Below, one piece after another: positions 53,907-64,000 of a stretch of DNA of 64,000 bases. Numbering within the stretch: the stretch's first letter is position 1; every line of letters starts with the position of its first letter. The notes beneath the pieces were generated by a model that saw only the letters and a program-made list of their open reading frames with translations, was not told the DNA's origin and did no database searches. This DNA comes from Mobula hypostoma (Eukaryota), in NCBI RefSeq assembly GCF_963921235.1, contig NC_086097.1, positions 160,892,001 to 160,956,000 on the forward strand, read 5' to 3'. A program made the translations under genes and the position numbers.

Positions 53907-54967
53907 CTATATATGATACCATATACTACCCAGGATTCATTTCCTTATGGGCATTCACAGTAGATACAAGGAAATACAATAGAATCAAGAAAAACAAAGA
54001 CAGATAAACAACCAATGTGCAACGGGGTGGTGTGGTAGCTTAGTGGTTAGCACTATGCTTTTCAGTACAGATTACCTGGGTTTAATTCCCACCACAGCCT
54101 GTAAGGAGTTTGTATGTTCTCCCTGTGACTGCATGGGTTTCTGCTGGGTCCTCTAGTTTCCTCCCACAGTCCAAAGGCGTACCGATTGGTAAGTTCTTTG
54201 GCCATTGTAAACTGTCCTGTGATTAGGCGAGGATTAAATCGGGGAATTGCTGGATGGCGTGGTTCGTAGGGCCATGAGGGCATATTCCATGCTATTTCTC
54301 AATTTAAAACAACAGAAAACAAACTGTGCAAACACATAAATAAAGAACAGATAATATTAAGACATGAGTTGTGGAGTCCTTGATAGTGAGTCCATAAGTG
54401 TGGAATCAGTTCAGTGTTGAGGTGAGTGTGGTTATCCACATTGCTTCAGGAGCCTGCTGGTTGAGGGGCAATAACTGTTCCTGAACCTGGTAGCATTGGA
54501 TGTAAGGCTCCTGTACCTTTTTCTTAATGGCAGCAGAGAGAAAAGACCGTGGATGGTGGGGGCCCTTGCTGGTGGATGCTACTTTCTTGTGGCAGTGCTA
54601 CTTGTAGTTGTATTAAATGGTGGGAGGGCTTTTCCTGTGATGGAATGGACTGTATCCACTACTTTTTATAGGTTTTTCCATTCATGGGCATTGGCCTTCC
54701 CATAGCAAGCTGTGACAGAACCTGTCATGATAGTCCACACTGTGCCTCAGCAGAAGTTTTTTAAAGTTTTAGATGTAAATTTGAATTTGTGCTAACTTCT
54801 AAAAAAAATAGAGGCACTGCCGTGCCTTCTTTGTAGTGACTCTTACGTGCTAGTCCTAGGACAAATACCCTGAAATGATAACACTAAGGAATTTTAAAGT
54901 TACTGATCCTCTCCAACTCAGTTCAGTACATTAGAGTCAAGGTACACAATAGTTATTTGATTTGAAT

Positions 54968-54973
54968 TTTATT
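54968..54973 (-). terminator. Poly(A) signal of the Z1-like gene
   Basis: AATAAA about 130 nt after the stop codon. Confidence 0.65.
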
Positions 54974-55102
54974 CAAAATGACTTCAGTGTAAGAAGCAGC
55001 AGGAGTATTGAATTCAGGGAGTACTTCATCACAAACAGTGAATGTTTCTTAAGAAAACTCATTAGGAATGGTTCTTGTTGGATGAAGACTGACAAGCAAT
55101 TC

Positions 55103-55267
55103 TTAACATCTTCTTCTCCCTCTTCTTCTTCTTTTTGGCAATCTTCTAATGTGGCATCTTCTTCGATATATTTTAGACCTGTCCCTCTTAGTTAGACATA
55201 ATCGTCGTAAGTGCCGCCTCCGTAAATAACAAGTTTCTGTCTTCTTAACTGGCTTAGAGCGCTTCAT
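55103..55267 (-). CDS. Cysteine-containing protamine Z1 (scylliorhinine Z1) homologue, 54 aa ([54 protein letters not shown])
   Basis: Translated by hand. [11 protein letters not shown]...KRD-x-SK-x-YRRR-x-H-x-RRLPK...C matches the recalled dogfish Z1. Confidence 0.92.
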   Translation of the reverse strand: MKRSKPVKKTETCYLRRRHLRRLCLTKRDRSKIYRRRCHIRRLPKRRRRGRRRC

Positions 55268-55322
55268 TACTGTGTCTCATCCACCTTACTTTTGACTCTT
55301 AAATCCCAGCGTCTTGTCTTTG

Positions 55323-55477
55323 TTTAAATATATTTAATAACTTTCACAGCTTAAATATATGAGGTATCCATTATGATGTAATAGATTTTTGTGACCATTC
55401 GTGCCTTGTAAGGCCTTGACAACATGATGTATTCAGCTTCAATTGCAATGTAGAGGTGATATCGCTACCTTATAAGG
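55323..55477 (-). promoter_or_regulatory. Z1 promoter: TATA-like, CRE-like and CArG elements
   Basis: TATTTAAA 55323-55330 (minus); TGATGTAAT 55374-55382; CCTTGTAAGG 55404-55413 (one mismatch); CCTTATAAGG 55468-55477. Confidence 0.65.
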
Positions 55478-55569
55478 AATCGTGTACAGCTGGGATCTGC
55501 TATCTCCTTTTCGTCCTTCATTTTGTTAAAACTTTGTGTAGAGCAAGTTCATCAGTAGCCCCTGAACAG

Positions 55570-55755
55570 GTTGAGAGTAAATGAACGGTTTATTGTAAAC
55601 ATCTTTCATTTGTAAGTGAACAGAGAGCCAACACATAATTTTATTGTAAATACCTTTATTGAATAAGGACTCAGAGTCAACGAATGTTTTTTTCTTGTAT
55701 GTAAATAACTTTGTTTTGTAATACTTCTGAATAAAGTATTTTTGGAGAAAAAAAA
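55570..55755 (+). mobile_element. Short 5'-truncated poly(A) retroposon insertion (L1/Tx1-like 3' end)
   Basis: Ends in aataaa and an A tail; flanked by a 19-bp TSD atcagta(g/t)cccctgaacag at 55551-55569 and 55756-55774. Confidence 0.75.
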
Positions 55756-58700
55756 ATCAGTATCCCCTGAACAGCAAGTGATATCTATATTTCTTAGGTC
55801 AGGTAGAGCACAAGTAACTGCAGAGTAAACCTCTCACTACTTAATACTGACCTCACACTGCTCCCCTATTTCTATATAATGCACAAGCCACCATTATTGC
55901 CTTATAAGTACATCATTAATTAAATGCCAAATTAGAGGGGGTTGTTCAGCACAAAGACATGAGTGAAGCTGTGTATTGGCTTTTTCAGTTAATCACTCTC
56001 CATGAACATAATAAGTACAGAACAATTAAACCAATAGCAGCAAGCTTTACCAGCTGCTCTTGGGCTGATTGTTCCAGATTTAATATTAAATGGCAGCTCA
56101 ATGGGAAGATTTATGGAGACTGGATTCCAGCATTCCCAATTTTGAGAACTGGATTTAAATCCAGCATGTCTGATGAAAAGATATAAAATATGCATTGCAG
56201 TCCATGTGTATTCCTCATGAAAAGGGTAAAGTTGCTATTACTTAAGCAGATAGTCTAATTGCTTTAGAATGCAGTACAGAAGGGCATTCAGTTTGTTATG
56301 TCTTGTGACTTCTATGAAAGAACTGTCTTAAGTACTTCCACTTGCTTGTTCTTTGCAATTGTCTCCCCTTTACCACTAACCTTATTTCCTTTTGAAAGTC
56401 ATTATCAGCTCATACTTCCACAACAGCTAAAGAAACACATCCAATTTAGGTGGCATCTTTATGCAGTGGTTACCTCAAGGGATTTTATGAAAGTTTAGTC
56501 AAACTTTAGAGAGAGCTGCATAAGGAGCTATTTTTCCCAAAAATATACTTTATTCAGAAATATGACAAAATAAAGTTATTTACATAAAAAACCATTTGTT
56601 GACCCTAAGTCCTTATATGAGCATGTGACAACAGACTTTCATGTAAAGCATTCTGGGTGTAGTGGGTAAAAGAACTTTCACCTCCTCTCTGGCTCTTAAC
56701 CAATTACTTCAAATCTGTATCTTCCAACTGTGTGTGAGTTTATGTGGCTTTTTTTGCAATATTACTTTCAAGTCCTTGAGCCTTGACTTCCTATATTAAT
56801 CTCAAAAAGTTGTCTCACCTCCTTGTCTCAAAAGAACCTGGTGGGATTTATATACAGAGAATAGAAGCCAGAATGTGAGGTGCACATAACAACAAGAGAT
56901 TAAAAAAGGAAGTAAGAAAGACAATGTTAAAATGGTAATGTTGGACTTCAATATGCAGATAGACTGAAAAAAATCAAGTTGTCACAGGAGTTGATTTTTC
57001 CGGTCGATCTACACATTGTTATGTGGAATGTATGTACAGTATCCCTACTAGATGGCTCTCACTAGGGAAATGGCAATTCTGGATTTCATGCTGTGCAATA
57101 AACCAAATTTGAGTAAAGAGCTTAAGGTAAAGGAACCCTTAGGAAAGGGTGATTATAATATGATAGAATTTACCCTGCAAGTTTGCTGGAGGATTGGAGG
57201 ATAGCAAATGTTGTTTCATTGTTTAAGAAAGGCTCCAGGCTGCGAAATTATAGGCCAGTGAGCCTGACATCAATAGTGGATACATTATTGGAAGGCGTTT
57301 TAAGGGATTGTATATAAAAGTATTTGGATAAACACAGACTGAGTAGGGTTAAATTGCCCCTTATGTGTGGGTGTGAGGAGAGAGTGTGGCAAGAGTAAAA
57401 GTAGATTAGAGCAAATGGATGTTTGGCAGGGCCTTGGTAGGCTGAAGGGCCTCTTTTCAAGCTCTAAGACCTTATGATTCTGATAGCCTGAAAAATACCC
57501 TCATAAGCCACACTGGAGCTGTTGCCTCTTCTGTAATGTCTGGCAGTAGTGCATTGCAAACTAATTACTGGGCCCAAAAGTTTCCCAATTCAAATCAACT
57601 AGGAAAGACTCCATTGAGAAGCACCAAGCCAGTTTGTTTGAACAATGTAGAAAACCATGCTAATCCAACTGCCATAGATTGCCCCTTGTTTTGTGAATAT
57701 GCCATGGACTGCTGAATGCATCAGCAGTAGCAAGAAGTGCAATAAAAAGAAAGGCTTGCATTCTATAGCATGTTTTCCATCATCCCAAAGAACTTCAGAG
57801 GCAATGAAATATTTTTGAAATGTAATATTTTTATTATATGGAAAGCAGATGCTAATTTGCATATAGTAATGCTTAACAAACTCAGTTGGATAACAAAGGA
57901 TTTTGATTAACGTTGACCTGTAATATTAACTCTTTATCTCTCTCTATAGATGCTGCTTAACCTGCTCAGCATTTCCAATAAGTTCTATTTTTATTTCAGA
58001 TTATTGGCTTCTTCAGTACTTTACCTTTGTAATATTGGTAGTCATGTCAAATTTATCACCACATGTACAGGTACTGTGAAGTACAGTTCCAATGAAAAGC
58101 TTGCACCACTGACTCATAGATATAGACAACATACAAAACATAAATTATACATGAATAGTTCATAAATTATATAAGGCAGTGAAGAGGAAAAAGACTACGC
58201 AAAGCAAAACGTGTGCAAGTCAAAACACATTTAGAGAGAAGTCCATAACAGGTGGTCCTTAATTTTTGGTTGCTGTAGCAAGGGTAGGTTGTTTCAAGAA
58301 CCTCATAGTTGAAGGAAAAGAGCTCTTCCTGAACCTTCTGATGTGAGATTTCAGGCTTCTGTACCTTCTGTCTGACAATAGTGGAACAAAGTCATGACCC
58401 AGGCAGCAGGGATCCTAGATGATAAGGCCCACTGAAGATGCAGCATCTCCTATTGATGTTGTCGCTGGTGGGGTGGGTTGTGCCCATGATTGACTGGGCT
58501 ATGTCCACTGTTCTCTATAGCCTCTTACATTAGGGTGGCATGGTAGTGTAGTGGTTAGCACAATGCTTTACAGTACAGGCGGCCCAGGTTCAATTCCCGT
58601 AAGGAGTTTGTATGTTCTCCCCATGACCACGTGAGTTTCCTCCCTCAGTCCAAAAATCTACTAGTAGGTAGGTTGATTGGTCATTGTAATTTGTCCAGTG

Positions 58701-59060
58701 GTTAGGCAAGGATTAAATCTGAGGATTTCAGGGTGGCGTAGCTCAAAGGGCCAGAAGTGTCAATGCCACATGGTATCTTAATAAATAAATAACATCCTGT
58801 ATATTGGTATAATTTGTATATATGGTATTGTCTGAGGAATAGGTAATGATCTGGTTAGCAAAGATTACTCATCTTCTCTTAGAAGGATGCCAGAGAATTT
58901 TTTTAATAGACATTTGAGATTTGACATTTGATGCCAGATATCTATGCTGAACTCTGCAGCCTTCTGCTTAGAGGCACAGACAGCAACAGGGAATTGGTGG
59001 GAAAATTGCGCCCTCTTTAACATGTTCTGTATAATGCCTATTTCATTGTCTTTATTTCAG

Positions 59061-59174
59061 CATAAGGATCAGTTGCCTCTACATTTTGCTGCCAGTCGAC
59101 CCAGTGGTGCTCTCAACATAGTACAGATGCTACTGAGGTCCTCAAACAAAGATGCTCGATTGATGCAAGATAAG
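59061..59174 (+). CDS. trpn1: TRPN1/NompC mechanosensitive channel, ankyrin-repeat exon (HKDQLPLHFAASRPSGALNIVQMLLRSSNKDARLMQDK)
   Basis: tttatttcag acceptor, gtagga donor, 114 nt, phase 0/0; aligns with the recalled Drosophila NompC QTAVHLVSSRQTGTATNILRALLAAAGKDIRLKAD. Confidence 0.85.
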
Positions 59175-61430
59175 GTAGGAGATAGGGACTCTTTACCTTT
59201 AAAAACCGTAGCTAAGTATGTTTGGGTTCTATTCATGTATAGTGAATGTGTAATAAATTCTGGCCCTGTCCTTGGTTTTATAAAATATTACTGATATACT
59301 GTTAACTTGCTATACTTCTTTCTCAAAAAAGAGCTTACACTTTTAATCAATGAATGAAAACTTGAATCTTTTATTTCAAATAGTAATGGAATGACAATTT
59401 TTCATTCTTATCTATTGTCCAGAAAAAGCAATGATTTACCTCATTAATGTTCATCAGTATAACATTGCAACGAAGAACAGCTAATAAACTAGCTTCTGCT
59501 GATCAATAATTGACTACCCTACTGCTGAAGTATCTTCTCTCTGGGAGAGGATTACTTACATAAAAAATAGATTACAAAGAAATCTAGGATTTTCAAGACA
59601 AAGAAAAGCTCTGTGTAGAGAACTTACTTGATCATCATGACTTTCAAATCTCTTGCATGTGATAATCTTTTCACTTATCAATACCTACAGAGTTGTTATT
59701 CCTCTCTGTGCCTTGTGGTGCATTGGGCAACAACCTTGCCATTTCTTTTGCATTTTGTTTGTTTTTTTATGAGGCTGAGTCAGCATCGATGGAAGGCGTG
59801 TGAGGAGCCGGCTGAATTCGAACCCAGGACCACTCGCATTAAAGGCTGGGTGCTGACGCCACTACACCACCAGCTGGCTATCAATACCTACAATACCTGT
59901 TAATTGTGATGCATTTCATTTATCTTTCACATTTGCCAAATTACTGAATATACTCAAGTCATCTGTACTTAAATGAAACAGAGATCATGGAACTACTCAG
60001 CTAGTCAGACAGAATCTGCAAAAGAAAAACAGCTAAGATTTCAAGCACATGGTCTTGCCTGAGAACTAACCTACTGGTCCTGCCAGTTTTGCTTATTTTG
60101 TTTTTCTTTCTTTAAGATTTTGCATAAATGTGTCATTCTCTAGTATTAATTGCTGTTGTAATAATTCACAAGAAAGCAGTGTTTTCAACTCAAATGACAT
60201 TGCTTGAGCTGAGTTTCTGGAGGTGCCTATAATCGTCAGTTGACACACTTGCCCATATTTAACAATAGCAACCAAAAACAATTTTCTCCATGATTATCCA
60301 GTCCAAAACCAGACGGTGGTAAATCTGATTCAGATATTACAGCAATTACAGAGTTAGAATTCTCCTGAAAAGCCACCTTCAATATTCAGGTGCTTTTTAG
60401 GACTGCAATATTTTACGAAAATTCATATTTAGGATAGAATGTCAAAACTGCCATTAAACTATTTTTAATAATCATCATAGATTTAACTGAATTGTTGGTA
60501 CTAAACAATGCCTAATTATTATTTAGTAGCAACAATTTATTTTTAATTTATAATGATTATTAGGAATATTTTAATGGTGGTGTTTTTAATAGATCAAATT
60601 AATAGTCTTAAAAATTTGATTTTCATTCTTTTATTTTTTCAGGATAAGATATTCAACCAAGGGTCTATCTACTCTCTTGAATATGTGTAATAAATCCTTT
60701 AGTGTGGACGAGGAGTGAGAGAATCATCTTAAATGCAAAAAAAAGCTGCTGGAGAATTCAGCAGGCCAGGCAGCATCTGCAGAGGAAAACGGACAGTCGA
60801 TCTTTTGGGTTAAGAGTTTCATTTAGACCCTTCATCGAGACAATTCATCAATCCAGAGCAAGGGCTTCAACCCAAAATATCAACAATCTAGTTGATCCAC
60901 AGATGCTACCTGACTCCAACATCTGTAGTTTCTTGAGTTAGTCTCAGTATTCTGGGTCAAATTTAATAAACAAGGATAAATAAAGACTTTCCAGTAATAA
61001 TCACATACTTTGTCCAAGTGTCTCAATCCCATCAAGCAGATGGAAATGGTGTAACTTACAAGCTCCCCCCTAAGTTGTATGGTATACTGGCTTTGAAAAA
61101 TATTATTATCCCTTAACCATCATCCAATTCAGGTCACGGCACTTATACAATAGTGAATCTAGATCCTGGAACTCCCTGCACAATAGTGCTATGGAAGTAC
61201 CTTCGCTAAAAGAGTCACAGATATTTAAGAGAGCAGCTTCTCGGGGCATCTGGGGAAGGACAGCAATATAGTTACAGGATCTTGCTGTGTGTTAGCTAAC
61301 TGCTGTACTTCTTGCACTACCATGGTAACCACATCACAAAAGTATTATGAAGGGATGAAAGGCAATACCTAAATGTCGGTCTTTTCTTCTTCTGTGACCA
61401 CACTTTGTTCCACTTTGTTTTTTTTCATAG

Positions 61431-61535
61431 GATGGCTGCATTCCCTTGTTTCTAAGTGCTGAAGTTGGTAATGTCGTAGTGTGCAAGGAACTACTCAGTG
61501 TTAATGCTGATCTACAACTCAGGACACAACGGAAG
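61431..61535 (+). CDS. trpn1: TRPN1/NompC next ankyrin-repeat exon (DGCIPLFLSAEVGNVVVCKELLSVNADLQLRTQRK)
   Basis: Strong polypyrimidine acceptor, gtacag donor, 105 nt, phase 0/0; continues the NompC alignment (GKIPLLLAVESGNQSMCRELLAAQTAEQLK). Confidence 0.85.
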
Positions 61536-62111
61536 GTACAGGTTATCTGGGCCCAGGGTCAAGCGCTGTCAGAACATTGTACTATAGGGCTTGCCAACAA
61601 ATGAAGCAACCTCATTGGTCCACCATACTAACGTTTGTTCTCACTGCAAAAATTTCAATGCTGGCTCTGCTGAGAGTACCTACTTAATCTCCAATGAGGC
61701 ACTTGAAATAATTTGATATTATTCTTCCCTGTAAATACAAACCTGCTTTGTTTTCATGCTGGGGGTAGAATCCTTTATCCCCATTGGTGTATTCTGTTTT
61801 GGATCCATAGTAAGTTTCTTCTCAATGTTGGGATAGTATGAGGTCATTCAGAAGATCACAGTCATTTTGGATTGGTCTATTAATTCTCCTTTGATGCTCT
61901 CAAAATGCTGAAAGTAAGTGAAAGAGCAATGCAGTACGGATATAACCCACCCAGTCCATGCTGAACACAGTGCCAACCCAGCTAGTCCTAACTTCCTGCT
62001 TTTGGCCCATATCCTGCTAAGCCCCAGTCCTCCATACATCTATTCAAGTGCTTCTTAAACGATACTATTGCACCTGCCTCAACCACTTCTTCTGGCAGCT
62101 CATTCCATATA

Positions 62112-62667
62112 CACTCAGTGGCCATATTATTAAGTATCTCCTGTACCTAATAAAGTGGCTAATGAGTGTATGTTTGTGACCCCCTGCTGCTGTAACTTAT
62201 TCACTTCAAGGTTCAATGTGATGTGCATTCAGATTTGCTCTTCTGCACATCACTGTTGTAACACACGGTTATTTGAGTTACTGTCACATTCTTGTCAGCT
62301 TGAATCAGTCTGGCCACTCACCTCTGAACTCTCTCATTAACAATGCATTTTTGCCCATAGAACTGCTGCTCACGGGATTTTTCTTTTTGTTTTTCACAAA
62401 ATTCTCTGTAAACTCTAGAGACTGTTGTACATGAAGATCCCAGGAGATTAGTGGTTTCTGGGATACTCAAACCACAACATTGGGCATCAACAATCATTCC
62501 ATGGTCAAAGTCACTTTAATCACATTTCTTCCCCGTTCTGATGTTTTTTTTCTGAACAACAACCGAACCTCTTGACCACATTTGCATGCTTTTATGCATT
62601 GAGTTGATCTGCTGATTAGATATTTGCATCAAAGAGTAGGTGTATCTAATAAAGTGGCCATTGAGTG
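62112..62667. mobile_element. Tc1/mariner-type non-autonomous element
   Basis: TA-flanked TIRs cactcagtggcca... / ...aaagtggccattgagtg; an extra TIR copy near 62140-62168. Confidence 0.8.
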
Positions 62668-62699
62668 TACATAACAATAGTCAAAACCAATTATCTATG

Positions 62700-64000
62700 A
62701 TATAAATGATGAATAATAAGGGCCCAAACACTGATCCCTGTGGTATATCACCAGTCACCGGCCTCTATTCTGGGAAGTAACTTTCAACCACCACACTCTG
62801 CTTCCTATCTATGAGTCAATTTTGAACCCACCTAACTAGTTCTCCCTAAATTCCATGGGGCCTAACATTCCAGATCAGTCTACCATGCAGGACTTGTCGA
62901 AGGCCTTGCTAAAGTCCAAGTAAGCAACATCCACTGCCCTACCCTCATCCAATTTTTGGTTACTTCTCTGAAATACTCTAAAAGATCTATTAAGCACAAC
63001 TTCCCACGCAGAAAGCCAAATTGACTCTTCCTCATGAAGAGCCAAGATTCAATTACAGTTATTATCAAACAATGTATAAATTATACAACCTTGAGACTTG
63101 CTTGCTCACAGATACAACAAAACAAGAAACCCCAAAGAACCGATTAAAGAAAAAAAGAATAATAATTAAATAATAAATAAATAATTAAAATTAAAAGATG
63201 CACAAGAGAAAGAAAAATATCATACAAACAACTGAAGCGAACATCAGCATTTTGAACCAAAATTGAGTCCTCAGATCCAAACCCCAGAGCAGCCCCCAGT
63301 AGGCTCAAAGCTTCGCTTATCAGTTCAACATCTTAGTGGCCATGGAGCCTGTACTCACTAATTTGGGCCGGTATCACTGGAATCTAGAAGAATGCAGTGT
63401 GATCTCATTGAAACCTACCGAGTGTTGAAAGGACTAGATACGGTGAGAAGAGAATGTTTCCTATGGTGGGGGTATCTAGAATTAGAGGACACAGCCTCAA
63501 AACTGAGGAGCGACCTTTTAGAACAGAGGTAAGGAGGAATTTTTTTATCCAGAGTTTAGTGAATCTGTGGAATGCTGGAAGAAGCCTGAAGGCACACACA
63601 CGCAGCAATTTAGGAACAGCTTCTTCCCCTCTGCTATCCAATTCCTAAGTGGACATTGAACCCTTGGACACTACCCCACTACTTTTTTTAATATAGAGTA
63701 TTTCTGTTTTTTGCACAATTTTTAATCTATTCAATATACGTATACTGTATAAAGATTTACTTATTTGTTTATTATTTTATTTCTTTTTTTCTTCTATATT
63801 ATGTATTTCATTGAACTGATGCTGCTAAGTTAACAAATTTCACATCACATGCCGGTGATAATAAACCTGATTCCCATTCTGATTCTGAATGCTCTGCCAC
63901 AGATTAGGGTGAAGGCCTAGTCCATGAGTATATTTCAGGCGGAAGTTGACGGTTTCCTGATCAGTCACAGCATCAAAAGATATGGCAAGAAGGCAGGTGT
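62700..64000. mobile_element. Mixed CR1 and Rex1-like fragments
   Basis: RMFPMVGVSRIRGHSLK and SQFGFLRGKLCL motifs; Rex1-like 3' tail. Confidence 0.7.

Noticed and set aside
54962..55195. Plus-strand Ser-rich ORF (similar shadows at 14950-15150 and 25631-25873)
   Set aside because: Antisense shadows of the Arg-rich SNBP genes.
58944..59294. 116-aa ORF as a standalone gene
   Set aside because: Only 59061-59174 is bounded by splice sites and ankyrin-like; the rest is intron read-through.
1..64000. Protamine Z3 or S4 homologues
   Set aside because: No ORF with the Arg/Gly-only or Lys/Cys-repeat pattern was found by eye; they may lie outside the window.

Overview
Vertebrate genomic DNA, inferred to be a cartilaginous fish (probably a ray) from its repeat families and gene content. 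Much of it is decayed transposons: Penelope-like, CR1, Rex1/Babar-like LINEs, tRNA-derived SINEs, a chromodomain Gypsy remnant, a solo LTR, and hAT and Tc1 MITEs. Between them, all on the minus strand and intronless, is a sperm nuclear basic protein (SNBP) cluster spanning about 46 kb. It holds homologues of the dogfish protamines Z1 (55103-55267) and Z2 (42382-42513, plus a near-identical truncated copy at 43818-43934), the spermatid proteins S1 (25676-25942) and S2 (14748-14984), and an unrecognised 55-aa Lys-rich gene (8823-8990). Four of these six ORFs are too short for the supplied ORF track. The promoters share CArG boxes and CRE-like motifs, and three genes share a small inverted repeat just after AATAAA. 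Two plus-strand ankyrin-repeat exons of TRPN1/NompC (59061-59174, 61431-61535) lie at the right end. No earlier TRPN1 exon was found, so the cluster appears to sit antisense in a TRPN1 intron. Homology calls rest on recalled reference sequences, not database searches.
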